Source of the DNA: Candidatus Saccharimonadota bacterium
GTDB taxonomy: Bacteria; Patescibacteriota; Saccharimonadia; Saccharimonadales; UBA4665
Reading direction: 5' to 3'
Assembly: GCA_013289705.1 (NCBI GenBank)
Contig: JABCZM010000002.1
Span: 14,848-78,847, forward strand
DNA length: 64,000 nt
Under the pieces are notes generated by a model. That model searched no databases and was not told where the DNA came from. It worked only from the letters and a program-made list of their open reading frames with translations. The position numbers and the translations under genes were made by a program. Positions 9,375-19,051 of this stretch are shown here, piece by piece (within the stretch, counting starts at the first letter, position 1; every line of letters begins with the position of its first letter).

Positions 9375-10350
9375 TTAACTGTCGACAAAATTGCAAAGCT
9401 CTTGCCAGATCGCGTCAGCAATATCAATTTCATTATTATCTACAGCTTTTTGTGCTAATTCGTCACCACGTTCGCCGGGTAACATTACTTTTTGACCATC
9501 CAGAGGCTTTGCCGCCGTAACTGTTTGTACTAGTTCATCAGCCCCCTTAAGAAACGCTTCTTTCCCGACCAGTAGTCCTGGATCGATTGCTAGCACAAAT
9601 GTCCCTGCGCCTTTTTCTTTGTTCAAGCCTATGTATGCAGCGTCTGTAAATGGCCCTCCAAGCAACTGCACCAGCAGTGATAAACCAAAGCCTTTATGGG
9701 CGGCAAAAGTACTAACCGAGCCATCGAGTGCTTTGGCAGCATCAGTTGTAGGATTACCATCGACATCAAAAGCTACACCTTCTGGTAATGGCTCACCTTT
9801 AAGCTTATATTCCATGACGCCAAAAAAGGCCATTGCCGCCGTAGCAGTATCAAAAACTACTGACCGTCCGCTCGTTGGAAAGGCATAGCTAAGAGGGTTC
9901 GTGCCAAGTTTTGCTTCTGCCGAACCGGTTGGAGCGACAAATGGGGGGGGTACCGACACAAACAAGAGCAATATAACCATTATCTGCAATCTGTCTCGCA
10001 AAATAACCAATCGCTCCAGATGAACTAAAAGTATGGTTCGACCCTACAATACCGACACCATGTTCAGCGGCCAAATCACAAGCAAGTTTAGCAGCCCTAC
10101 TAGTGGCAACCATCGCATGACCACCCGATACCAGCGCACCACACTTGCTTTGTTTAATTAGTTTATACTCTTCAACATCTTGAGCTTTTGGCACACCGCC
10201 TGTGGCAATTTTTGTAATTCCTTGGTTGTTGCCCCGAAGTTGGGCATACAGCAGGACTTCGGAAATAGTTTCGCCATCCGGGCCCTCATAACCAAGTTTT
10301 TGAACCCCGTCCAAAACCTTTGCGTGTAAATCAGTTACCTTAACCTTCAT
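9375..10350 (-). pseudogene. Ldh_2 family (malate/L-lactate/ureidoglycolate-type) dehydrogenase, frameshifted at a poly-C(8) tract (coding strand)
   Basis: ORF 9889-10350 is the N-terminal part (ends ...IALVCVGTPP) and ORF 9375-10010 is the C-terminal part (...PPPFVAPTGSAEAKLGTNPLSYAFP...AHKGFGLSL). The two overlap at G8 (9943-9950, plus strand). Removing one base gives a continuous VCVGTPPFVAPTGSAEAKLGTNP. Confidence 0.75.
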
Positions 10351-10419
10351 GGTTGCCTCCTTCTTCTACAGCAATTGTAGCAGAAGTACCGTTACGGTAC
10401 AGGCCCCGGGTAGAAGAGC

Positions 10420-10425
10420 TATAAT
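10420..10425 (+). promoter_or_regulatory. candidate -10 box (TATAAT) 6 nt upstream of the ATG (leaderless arrangement)
   Basis: TATAAT at 10420-10425 and ATG at 10432, with no Shine-Dalgarno sequence. Confidence 0.3.
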
Positions 10426-10431
10426 AAAAGC

Positions 10432-10998
10432 ATGAATAGCGTTGTTAGAGCAGTGGCTTGGAGCCAATTGTTTTTGTATGGTGGGCTTTTGTTGTGTGTG
10501 CTACTGAAGCCAGCGGGTCTCGCGGCCAATGATGGTATTAGCTACTTTGGTATTTTTCGGGTAACCTTTGTGCCCTACGCGATCGGGTTGTTGGGTTCGG
10601 CGTATTTTTGCCGGCAGACGGCGAATAACTTGCGCGGCAGCAATTTAGGACCAGTCCGGTTGGTCATGTCTGCAGTAGCAACACTAACGGTAATTATCGT
10701 CCTTACACCCTATGCCGCCGGCAGGTGGGTAGACGACACTCATACTACGTGCGGGTCAATTCTGTTCATACTACAGTTGCTCCTGAGCGGTTGGCTGATC
10801 GTGCGATTGCGCTACATTTGGTGGAGTATCGCACTCAGCCTAGCCGAACTTGCCGGCGGTATTTTATCGGCAATCTATCTTGGCCCACTGCATGGCTTCC
10901 TGTTTCAATCCCAAGTACTGTTCCAGCTGGCCTTTGGGACTTTACTTGTGCTAAGTTTGCGCGCGTTGCCCGTGCCGGCTAGCCAACATGTTTCATAA
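10432..10998 (+). CDS. polytopic membrane protein, function unknown
   Basis: 188 aa with about 6 hydrophobic helices. The 3' end overlaps the convergent doc gene by 20 nt. Confidence 0.45.
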   Translation: MNSVVRAVAWSQLFLYGGLLLCVLLKPAGLAANDGISYFGIFRVTFVPYAIGLLGSAYFCRQTANNLRGSNLGPVRLVMSAVATLTVIIVLTPYAAGRWVDDTHTTCGSILFILQLLLSGWLIVRLRYIWWSIALSLAELAGGILSAIYLGPLHGFLFQSQVLFQLAFGTLLVLSLRALPVPASQHVS

Positions 10999-11359
10999 GC
11001 CAAGCGGCAATAGTCGGGATATCCAGGTGATCGACGGCCACTTGCACGGCAAAGTCTTCTAGATCCTTGGGGGTTGCGGTAAGTTTATCGCCATTACGAA
11101 CTAGAAAAATAGCACACACTGTAACTGCGGTACGTTTGTTACCATCACTAAATGGGTGATCACCAATAATGTTTCGTAAGTAGACTGCTGCCTTTTCAAA
11201 AACATCTGGATATTGTTCTTGGCCAAACACCTCTTGGGCCGGCGCTTCAACCACCGATTTTAAACGATTCTCGTCACGAACACCGTGTGAGCCACCAAAG
11301 TCCGTAATAATCTGAAAGTGAAGGCGCAGAATCTCGCCAACAGCGATATATCGAGTCAT
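10979..11359 (-). CDS. doc: Fic/Doc family toxin (death-on-curing)
   Basis: 126 aa. The Doc signature HPFSDGNKRTA is present, and the start overlaps the stop of the upstream antitoxin. Confidence 0.85.
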   Translation of the reverse strand: MTRYIAVGEILRLHFQIITDFGGSHGVRDENRLKSVVEAPAQEVFGQEQYPDVFEKAAVYLRNIIGDHPFSDGNKRTAVTVCAIFLVRNGDKLTATPKDLEDFAVQVAVDHLDIPTIAAWLMKHVG

Positions 11360-11565
11360 TATCTGTCGGCTAGATTTTTAAGGGTTTCGCCATATTGCTC
11401 TACGAATGCATCGTATTCTTGCATGAGTTTCGCGTGTTTTTTATTTTTGATGGGTTCGATAGTGTACTTTACTTCATCACCCACTTCCAAACCAAGCTCA
11501 CGAAGCTCACCTTTAGGGATCGTGATACCGGCACTAGAACCAATTCGAATGATTTTCTGTGTCAT
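11359..11565 (-). CDS. AbrB/MazE/SpoVT-type antitoxin (Phd-function partner of Doc)
   Basis: 68 aa. KIIRIGSSAGITIPKGELRELGLEVGDEV swapped-hairpin motif. Overlaps doc by 1 nt. Confidence 0.75.
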   Translation of the reverse strand: MTQKIIRIGSSAGITIPKGELRELGLEVGDEVKYTIEPIKNKKHAKLMQEYDAFVEQYGETLKNLADR

Positions 11566-11614
11566 GATTAGATTATAACAAAATTATAATATTCACACAA
11601 GGATTTTCTTAGTA

Positions 11615-12040
11615 CTAGACGCCCATTGCCCCGATAATCAGTGCCATAACCAAGACTGTTACTAATTCGTGACCAGCGTTTAAAAGTGTTAGTTTCTTAC
11701 GGCGAAACTCAAACAAATCGTGTACTAGCAGGCGGGCTGCAGTGAAGCCAAGCCAAAGCCAGAAGGCCGTTTGGACTGTGTCGCTCAAAAAACTATTACC
11801 GTAAAACTTGTGAGCAATGAATGACACGTGCGCTAATACAAACGCCGTGAGTAGTGACGCAACAAATGTGAGGCCATAGGTTACACCCGCCTGGCTTCCA
11901 CCCATCTTTTTATCCATTTTTACCCCTGTTAATTTCATCCAGGACCTACCAAACACTGCGGGCATATACCAGATAGATCCAACCACCATACTAGAAACTG
12001 CAGCTAGAAATACTGCCAGATAATTGACGTCAACGTTCAT
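11615..12040 (-). CDS. DUF1761 family membrane protein
   Basis: Start chosen at MNVDVNYLAVFLAAVSSMVVGSIWY (ATG at 12040, preceded by a TAAGGAG RBS) rather than the longer ORF. Four TM helices. Confidence 0.55.
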   Translation of the reverse strand: MNVDVNYLAVFLAAVSSMVVGSIWYMPAVFGRSWMKLTGVKMDKKMGGSQAGVTYGLTFVASLLTAFVLAHVSFIAHKFYGNSFLSDTVQTAFWLWLGFTAARLLVHDLFEFRRKKLTLLNAGHELVTVLVMALIIGAMGV

Positions 12041-12120
12041 CGTAGAACACTCCTTATTTATAGTTTGGATTATGCGCGCGTTATAGGCCAAAAACAATCA
12101 TGCCTCAATAATTTGTATTT

Positions 12121-12636
12121 GTGATAAAGTATGACCTACATATGGTAGAAACAGCACCTGGAAAAAGAGTAGCCAAAAAAACACCCCAGAGAAACGTGGT
12201 CGTATTTTCGTCATATACTGGCGAACCGTTTCATCAGCTACAACAGTCTGATAAAGACGAGATTATTGCCAATGTTAGCCGATCTAGCCGTAACCAGAGG
12301 GCAGTCTCCCTGGGGTTATTTGGAGCAAGCGCTGCAATAACAGTACTTGGACTACTTGGCGAACCCGCATCGCAACAGTCTACCTATTTTGCATGTGGTG
12401 GTGCCCTCTTTGCTGCTAGCACGGGTAGTCTATTAGTGCTACGACTGAAGGCAGACAACGCTGAATACGCCCAGGGAGCAATCCGTGCGCAAGAACAGTC
12501 AATCCAGCCGTATACGATATGTCAGACCCAGGTTGACGGCGAAGCCCCTGGTCCATTAAGTCCAACCGACATCTGGGTCAGTCGGGATGTACCTCTATTT
12601 CAGTCGAGCAATGTACCTGTTGCAGCCACCGATTGA
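12121..12636 (+). CDS. hypothetical protein with two central TM helices
   Basis: 171-aa ORF with a GTG start. No recognisable motif. Confidence 0.3.
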   Translation: MIKYDLHMVETAPGKRVAKKTPQRNVVVFSSYTGEPFHQLQQSDKDEIIANVSRSSRNQRAVSLGLFGASAAITVLGLLGEPASQQSTYFACGGALFAASTGSLLVLRLKADNAEYAQGAIRAQEQSIQPYTICQTQVDGEAPGPLSPTDIWVSRDVPLFQSSNVPVAATD

Positions 12637-12694
12637 GAGAGCCCTCTGCTAGCTCGCGCTTCTGCTAGTGCTATGCGGCGGTTACTATCGCTAG

Positions 12695-13999
12695 CTAAGG
12701 TGCAAGCCGGTTAATGTCCCTAGGAAATAGGATGGCTTCCTTAACGTTGGCAAGACCAATGGTTTTTTCGGTCAAGCGATCAATACCAAAGCCGAAGCCA
12801 CCGTGGGCTGGCAAGCCGTGCTTGAAAGCACTGACATAAGCTGCAAAACCGGAAGCTTCGGGGTCAACGCCAGCAGCTTTCATTTGTGCAATAAGCACAT
12901 CCGGGCGATGTTCGCGCTGCGGGACAGTAGAAATTTCGATGCCGCGGAACAATAAGTCAGCTGAACGAGCGGTGCCGTTTTCGCCCTTCATGTGGTAAAA
13001 CTTCATTTTACTTTCCGGAAGCCCTGTTGCAAAGACAGCTTCACAGCCATCGTGCTTTTTGGCATAGGCACAGATCCATTTTTCTTCTTCGGGGGTGAGA
13101 TCGATCTCTTTACTAGTGTCTTTGCCCGTTTCTTTCGTGAACATTTCGTGGATTGTGGCCATGGTGTAGTGCGGAAATTCTGGTTTTAAGACTAGTTCCG
13201 GTGCCTGCAAACTCTTCAGATCGTCGCCGTGTTCGGCATACACCCGAGTCAGTGTGTTATATACCAAATCTTGTAAGAAGTTCATAATGTCTTCGTGTCC
13301 ATCAATGAATCCCATTTCAACATCCAGCATCGTCACTTCCGATACGTGACGCGTAGTAGCAGATAATTCTGCCCGAAAAGCAGGAGCGATTTCGAACACG
13401 CGCTCAAACACCCCAACCATCATCTGTTTATACAGTTGCGGGCTCTGGGCTAAGGTGGCTTCTTTGCCAAAATAATCGAGCTTAAAGACTTCGGCGCCAC
13501 CTTCAGCCGCACCAGCAACAAGCTTCGGTGTGTTAATTTCGACAAATTCATTTTTGTACAAAAATTCGCGGATATAGCGCAGTAACTCACTCCGAATCTT
13601 GAAGATTTTTCCTTCTTGTAAGTTCCGCAGACCAATTGGCCGATAATCGAACAACGTGTCGAGATTTTCGGGTTTATGGCTAATAGGCTTATCGATTTCA
13701 ATCGGTGATTCGGCCTCTACTGGCATCAAAACTTCCAAAGCTGCATCGTGCAACTCAGCGCCACCAGGAGCACGTGGTTCGGCAACGACTGTCCCAGTAA
13801 CGGATAGTACTGTGCCCAATTGGAGACCGCGTAATTTTTCAACTTCATCTTTGTCTTTGACAACCAACTGCACCAAGCCACCACGGTCACGAATGTTTAA
13901 AAATGTTAGGCCGCCCAGCAGGCGCTTTTTGTGCAACCAGCCTTTCACGACGACTTTTTCACCGATGTGTTTTGTTAGTTCTGAACTTAATGTCCGCAT
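12695..13999 (-). CDS. aspS: aspartate--tRNA ligase, archaeal/type-2 (probably non-discriminating)
   Basis: 434 aa. N-terminal OB fold (VVVKGWLHKKRLLGGLTFLNIRDRGG), the LAQSPQLYKQ motif typical of AspRS, class II motif 3 GFGFGIDRL, and a C-terminal FPRDINRLAP. Confidence 0.85.
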   Translation of the reverse strand: MRTLSSELTKHIGEKVVVKGWLHKKRLLGGLTFLNIRDRGGLVQLVVKDKDEVEKLRGLQLGTVLSVTGTVVAEPRAPGGAELHDAALEVLMPVEAESPIEIDKPISHKPENLDTLFDYRPIGLRNLQEGKIFKIRSELLRYIREFLYKNEFVEINTPKLVAGAAEGGAEVFKLDYFGKEATLAQSPQLYKQMMVGVFERVFEIAPAFRAELSATTRHVSEVTMLDVEMGFIDGHEDIMNFLQDLVYNTLTRVYAEHGDDLKSLQAPELVLKPEFPHYTMATIHEMFTKETGKDTSKEIDLTPEEEKWICAYAKKHDGCEAVFATGLPESKMKFYHMKGENGTARSADLLFRGIEISTVPQREHRPDVLIAQMKAAGVDPEASGFAAYVSAFKHGLPAHGGFGFGIDRLTEKTIGLANVKEAILFPRDINRLAP

Positions 14000-14151
14000 A
14001 TAAAATTCCTCTGCTAAAGATTAATGATTCGGCAATAATTGGCCGCAAATTGGCCTGGAAATGGGTCGCTGCAACAGCTCTAGCCAGCCTGCTAGTAGCT
14101 GCAGACCCCGGAATTTATATTTGACCGAACCGTTTTGACACTCATTTGAGA

Positions 14152-15228
14152 TTATTCTACCACTTCTGGGGCCTCAGGGGTAGGTGTGGCTGGCTCTACT
14201 GGCTCAGTTTTTTCCTTTTTGTGCGCAAGGTGATCTTTTTTGGCGGCTGCGGCGGCAACCGCTCGCAAATCATCATAATTATCAAACTCATCAACAATTA
14301 GCTCACCGACAATCTGTTCAATGACATCTTCTATGGTAATAATTCCTACCAGCTCTTCGAAGCTATTAACCACCAAAAATAGGTGTTGCTTGGTTTTGAT
14401 GAACGCTTGGAGTGTTTGGTAAAGTGTAAAATCTTCGTGCACATAACTCAGGCGTGGCTTCATAAGATCACGTACTTTGCCGGTTTTTTTGGTGTTTATC
14501 AGATCGTGTAAATATAAAATACCGACGATATTGTCACGCTTGCCTTCGAATACTGGGAAGCGACTGTGGCCACTTTTGTGCAATTCTTCCATCAGGATTG
14601 GTCCGATCGATTCCTCGACATTTACAAACACCACCACACGCTTGGGAATGAGAGCGTCAACTACCAGCTTGTCGCCAAAGGTCAGGGCATGCGTTAATAG
14701 ATTGATTTCGCCAGCCGGAATACGATTATCGGCCTGCTGTTTTTGATTCTCTAACAGTTCGGCTAGGTCGGATTTTTGGTATAAACCAGTGTGAAACGTC
14801 ACAGGCCGGTGTTTATGTACAAAGCTCGTGAACCGCGTAATCCAGGGGTGCAACTGCTCTAATAACCAAGCAAATACCGGTGCCGATCGACGGGCCGACC
14901 AAATACCAGCCTTCGTAAGGTGACCAGTAGGAATCCACACAAACCCGACCCAAATAATCAGCGCCACGAATATAACCGCCAACCACGCCGGCAAGCTGTG
15001 TGAAAACAACACCACGCTGGCGGCGAACGCCACACCAATCACAAACCACAGCAAAACCTGGAGACTAACACCGTAGGAAACAGGTTTATAGAGTAAGCTC
15101 GCCACGCTATCGCCACGCCTGGCCAATCTTTTTAACTCCTTAACTGGTACGTGCTGGTAGGTTTTGAGTAGCGCCAGGAAAACCAGTGCCAGTGCGGCAC
15201 AGACAATGCCAAAGATAAATGAAATCAT
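14152..15228 (-). CDS. CNNM/DUF21 transmembrane domain protein with CBS pair (hemolysin/CorC-related family)
   Basis: 358 aa. N-terminal TM block, then CBS-pair motifs (HSRFPVFEGKRDNIVGILYLHDL; LFLVVNSFEELVGIITIEDVIE). No CorC_HlyC domain; the tail is acidic. Confidence 0.75.
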   Translation of the reverse strand: MISFIFGIVCAALALVFLALLKTYQHVPVKELKRLARRGDSVASLLYKPVSYGVSLQVLLWFVIGVAFAASVVLFSHSLPAWLAVIFVALIIWVGFVWIPTGHLTKAGIWSARRSAPVFAWLLEQLHPWITRFTSFVHKHRPVTFHTGLYQKSDLAELLENQKQQADNRIPAGEINLLTHALTFGDKLVVDALIPKRVVVFVNVEESIGPILMEELHKSGHSRFPVFEGKRDNIVGILYLHDLINTKKTGKVRDLMKPRLSYVHEDFTLYQTLQAFIKTKQHLFLVVNSFEELVGIITIEDVIEQIVGELIVDEFDNYDDLRAVAAAAAKKDHLAHKKEKTEPVEPATPTPEAPEVVE

Positions 15229-15339
15229 GCACTCATCTTACGGCCATATGGCTATTTTTAAAAGCGCGGCGACAGAGAACTATGTCTTCAGCTTGCAATG
15301 GTATACTACTATCCATAGAAGAGGAGAGATTTAAATACT

Positions 15340-16005
15340 ATGAGTAAGCAGTTTTGGGCCGTCATTTTGGTCATCGTTGTCGCCTTAGGCGGCGTGTTCT
15401 TTGCAACCAGTCATAATAATACAGATTCGGGTAGCACCAGTAGCCAGCCAACAAATCACGTTGAAGGCTCCACAAGTACTGGTGTCAAGCTTGTTGAGTA
15501 CGGTGATTACGAATGCCCGTATTGTGGTCAGTTTTACCCAATTGTTAAGCAGGTTGTCGCAACCAACAGCGACAAGATTCAATTCCAGTTCCGCAACTTG
15601 CCACTCAGCCAGATACACAAAAACGCCTTTGCTGGTGCGCGTGCTGCCGAAGCAGCAGGACTCCAGGGCAAGTTCTGGGAAATGCATGATGCACTGTATG
15701 ACAACCAGGATCCAAACGGCGCCCAGGGCTGGGTTGCCAGTAACGATCCACTGGGTGAATACTTTGACGGATTCGCTACAAAACTTGGCCTGAACAAAGC
15801 ACAGTTTGATACCGATTTTGCCAGCAGCAAAGTTAATAATCTGATCAATGCCGACCTAGACGCTTTCAAGAAGACCGGCGTAGACGAAGCAACCCCAACC
15901 TTCTTCCTGGACGGCAAACACATTACTCCAGGCTACAGTGCGGCCGACTTCCAGAAGTTGATTGATGCCGAAATCAAGGCCAAAGCAAAAACCACTACGC
16001 CATAA
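15340..16005 (+). CDS. membrane-anchored DsbA-like thiol:disulfide oxidoreductase
   Basis: N-terminal TM helix, CPYC active site (YGDYECPYCGQF), thioredoxin-fold remainder. GAGGAG RBS. Confidence 0.8.
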   Translation: MSKQFWAVILVIVVALGGVFFATSHNNTDSGSTSSQPTNHVEGSTSTGVKLVEYGDYECPYCGQFYPIVKQVVATNSDKIQFQFRNLPLSQIHKNAFAGARAAEAAGLQGKFWEMHDALYDNQDPNGAQGWVASNDPLGEYFDGFATKLGLNKAQFDTDFASSKVNNLINADLDAFKKTGVDEATPTFFLDGKHITPGYSAADFQKLIDAEIKAKAKTTTP

Positions 16006-16016
16006 ATTCTGCGAAC

Positions 16017-16054
16017 GAACCAAAAGAGCCGCCAAAACCGACGGCTCTTTTGGT
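16017..16054. terminator. bidirectional hairpin between convergent dsbA-like and MFS genes
   Basis: Perfect 14-bp stem AACCAAAAGAGCCG / CGGCTCTTTTGGTT with a 10-nt loop (16031-16040). The T/A runs lie partly inside the stem. Confidence 0.55.
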
Positions 16055-16071
16055 TGCAATAGAATACAAAA

Positions 16072-17529
16072 CTAGTGCATAGCAACGGCTTTTTCAGCCT
16101 CCACACCTTGGGTGATTTTTGGTTGCTTCAGCAAAAGCGTTGCGATGATGGATGCACCAAGCATGAAGCCAGTTCCAACAAGAAAGGCCACGTGGAAACC
16201 ATGGACTTCGGCAGTCAGTGATGCCAGCCTGGTTGGTGCAGCGTGCAGGTTTGTGATGTATCGCGCGGCGGCCGATGTCGACAAGCCAGTTAATATCGCT
16301 AGGCCAATGGCCCCACCAATCTGCTGCGAGGTATTGAGCAGCCCCGATGCAAGACCGGATTGCTTACCAGGTACACCGCTCGTTGCGGCGATGGTAATTG
16401 AAATAAACGTTGCACCCATGCCAAGACCCATCAAAATGAAACCCGGCAGAATGTCATGGATAAAGTTACCCCCAACCCGCACATGCGACAAGTAGAACAA
16501 CGCGCCCGCAGTGAATAAGGGCGCCACCATTAAGATTGGTTTAAAGCCAATTTTCTTAACCAGCCTAGGCACATTCGTTGCTGCAATGGCGATCATAACC
16601 GGCAAAACCAAGAAGCTTAACCCAGTTTTTACTGGTGAATAGCCGAGTACGGTTTGTGTATACAGCGATACGAAAAAGAACGTCGAAAACAGGCCCGCTA
16701 CGATTGGCATCATGGTCAGGTTAGCTGCAGTAACGTTGCGAATTCGGAAAATTTTAAACGGTACTAGCGGGTGTTCGACGCGTAGCTCGTTCCAGATAAA
16801 AAAGCCCATGAGCAGGATGCTTGCACCGAGATACGTTAGTGTACTGTGCGACGTCCAGCCATGACTTGGTGCCTCTACCAAGGCGTAGACCAACAACATG
16901 AGTGACGAAGTAATTGAAATAGCGCCGGGAAGGTCGAGTTCGTTGTGTGTTTCTTCGGATTCGTGTGCGGGCACCATGCGCCAGGTGGCAGCAACAACAG
17001 CAACGGCCACAGGCACATTTATAAAGAAGTTCCAGCGCCAGCCAAGGTATTGGGTAATAATACCGCCGAGCAATACGCCAGCGGCTGCACCACCAGATGC
17101 CACTGCACCCCAAACTGCTAGGGCGGTGTTGCGTTCGTGACCCTCTTTGTATGTGACCAGAACTATCGAAAGTGCCGCTGGCGACATCATCGCAGCTGCC
17201 AAACCTTGCGCAGCACGCAAACCTATGAGAATACCGCCCGTTGGAGCAAGCCCGTCAATCAGCGAAGCGATACCGAATATTGCGGTACCAATCATAAATA
17301 ACTTGCGACGTCCAAACAGATCGGCCGCGCGGCCACCAAGCAGCAAAAAGCCACCGAATGCCAGGGTGTATGCCGTGACAATCCATTGCAAGCTTGATTG
17401 CTGCATATGAAATGCTTTTTGAATAGCAGGCAATGCCACGTTTACAATTGATACGTCTAGCACAACCATAAACTGGGCCAGCGCCAGAACGATAAGTATG
17501 AGCCAATGACTCCGGACCTTCTCTGCCAT
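16072..17529 (-). CDS. MFS transporter, DHA2 (EmrB/QacA-like, 14-TMS) drug:H+ antiporter family
   Basis: 485 aa. LDVSIVNVALPAI, GGRAADLFGRRKLF (motif A-like), about 14 helices. Divergent from a MarR gene. Confidence 0.85.
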   Translation of the reverse strand: MAEKVRSHWLILIVLALAQFMVVLDVSIVNVALPAIQKAFHMQQSSLQWIVTAYTLAFGGFLLLGGRAADLFGRRKLFMIGTAIFGIASLIDGLAPTGGILIGLRAAQGLAAAMMSPAALSIVLVTYKEGHERNTALAVWGAVASGGAAAGVLLGGIITQYLGWRWNFFINVPVAVAVVAATWRMVPAHESEETHNELDLPGAISITSSLMLLVYALVEAPSHGWTSHSTLTYLGASILLMGFFIWNELRVEHPLVPFKIFRIRNVTAANLTMMPIVAGLFSTFFFVSLYTQTVLGYSPVKTGLSFLVLPVMIAIAATNVPRLVKKIGFKPILMVAPLFTAGALFYLSHVRVGGNFIHDILPGFILMGLGMGATFISITIAATSGVPGKQSGLASGLLNTSQQIGGAIGLAILTGLSTSAAARYITNLHAAPTRLASLTAEVHGFHVAFLVGTGFMLGASIIATLLLKQPKITQGVEAEKAVAMH

Positions 17530-17600
17530 ACTGTTCTCCTTGAATTCTTAGTAAATTTCGAGTATTATTTGAGTTACCAGATTATTGTAAAGCTCAATGA

Positions 17601-17613
17601 TTGACAATGTCAA
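17601..17613. promoter_or_regulatory. palindrome TTGACAaTGTCAA in the MFS/MarR divergent intergenic region (candidate MarR operator / -35)
   Basis: Perfect 6-bp arms around one central base, 19 nt upstream of the marR-family ATG. Confidence 0.4.
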
Positions 17614-17631
17614 ATATTAATTCAGAGAACC

Positions 17632-18060
17632 ATGACCAAGCAGCCACTATCCGAACAATTCTATTTTGCACTCGTTGCATTCTTACTGCAAGCCAAGCAG
17701 CAAGTTGTGGCAATTAGTGGCGAGCTTGGTCTCACCAGTGTGCAAGCACTCACCCTTCTAATGGTCGATAGCATTACAGCACCTTCCATGAGTAGTCTTT
17801 GTAAGTTATATGACTGTGATGCCAGCAACATAACCGGCATTATTGACGGCCTCGAGCAAAAAGGCCTGGTATCGCGCCAGCCGCACCCAACCGATCGCCG
17901 CATAAAAATAATTCGCCTAGAACCAGCCGGCAAACAAATACAGACCAACATCATCCGTCACCTGGTCAAAAACAGCGACCACCTATTTGACGGCCTTAAC
18001 CAAACCGAACTAGCTCAGTTCGCCAACTTAGTCCAAAAACTCCAAATCCCCAAAAAATAA
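17632..18060 (+). CDS. MarR family transcriptional regulator
   Basis: 142 aa. Winged-helix core LTSVQALTLLMV...ITGIIDGLEQKGLVSRQPHPTDRRIKIIRLEPAG. Confidence 0.85.
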   Translation: MTKQPLSEQFYFALVAFLLQAKQQVVAISGELGLTSVQALTLLMVDSITAPSMSSLCKLYDCDASNITGIIDGLEQKGLVSRQPHPTDRRIKIIRLEPAGKQIQTNIIRHLVKNSDHLFDGLNQTELAQFANLVQKLQIPKK

Positions 18061-18370
18061 CTTAGTAGTGCAAAAATTCTTGCCACTTGGGACGTCGAAC
18101 CTGTACTTCAACTCGAGTACCTTTCGAGTTCATAACTTTAATTTTTACTGACATAATAACCCCTATACCAAAGACGGTAGCATATTCAAATACTATCCTC
18201 AGTGGCTTTTTTATTTTTTAACTGTTTTTGTTCTCTCTTCGGGCGGCTCTCGCACTCCGCAGATTCAAGATAAGTGCAGTGTAACGGATACGGTTATGCT
18301 TTGTCAAGAAGAATTGTTGTCTCCGATTTTTCATTACATATTGTAAAAAGTAATGATTTTTGATATAGTA

Positions 18371-18631
18371 ATGAATATGAATAAGCTCATCACTATCACA
18401 AGCAAGGGCCAGACGACGTTACCAATCATCATGCGCCGCAAGCTTGGTATTGATTCGGCTGGTGGAGTACTGCAGATTAATTTTGATGAGCGCAAGGGTG
18501 AGCTAGTCATTACAAAACCGGCCAGCATCACCGACCTGAGTGAACGAATAAGCAGTTTTATCAAGCCGGGCACAAAACCAGTACTTTCAGTTGATGACTA
18601 CTACAAGACCAATCGGGAAATGAAAACTTAG
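18371..18631 (+). CDS. vapB: AbrB/SpoVT-type antitoxin (VapB-like)
   Basis: MNMNKLITITSKGQTTLPIIMRRKLGI motif. The stop abuts the ATG of the PIN gene. The start could be 18353, 18371 or 18377. Confidence 0.7.
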   Translation: MNMNKLITITSKGQTTLPIIMRRKLGIDSAGGVLQINFDERKGELVITKPASITDLSERISSFIKPGTKPVLSVDDYYKTNREMKT

Positions 18632-19051
18632 ATGGCCATTTCTTCTGGGTCACTCGATGCGAATGTGCTCCTGCGACTACTATTGAACGATGTGGCCGAT
18701 CAACACCTAGAGGCGATGAGGCTACTTCAGAATGCTTCCGGGCAATTTGCCGTCGCAGATACTGCCATTATTGAGGTAGTGTTTGTGCTAGAGAGGAACT
18801 ACAAGCTTACAAGATTACAGATATACGAAGCGGTGCAAGGGCTCATTGCGCTCGCACAAATAAACTGCAATCGAAATTTATTTGAAAAGGTTCTGCCTAT
18901 TTTCACGGAGCATGCCGGACTGTCATTTGAAGATTGTTGTCTGGCTACCTATGCCGAACTTGAAGATGCAAATCCCTTATGGACTTTCGACAAGAAGCTT
19001 GCGAATCAAACTTCAAACACCCAGCTTGTGAGTGCCGACTTACTTCGGTAG
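18632..19051 (+). CDS. vapC: PIN-domain toxin (VapC-like)
   Basis: 139 aa. N-terminal LDANVLLRLLLND (first acidic residue), an internal E and C-terminal D residues. Directly follows the antitoxin. Confidence 0.75.
   Translation: MAISSGSLDANVLLRLLLNDVADQHLEAMRLLQNASGQFAVADTAIIEVVFVLERNYKLTRLQIYEAVQGLIALAQINCNRNLFEKVLPIFTEHAGLSFEDCCLATYAELEDANPLWTFDKKLANQTSNTQLVSADLLR

Noticed and set aside
14000-14151. T-box leader or other riboswitch upstream of aspS
   Set aside because: The region is only ~150 nt. I could find an imperfect hairpin (likely the terminator of the upstream CNNM gene) and a plausible promoter, but no specifier-loop or T-box-like sequence. I cannot support an RNA element by eye.
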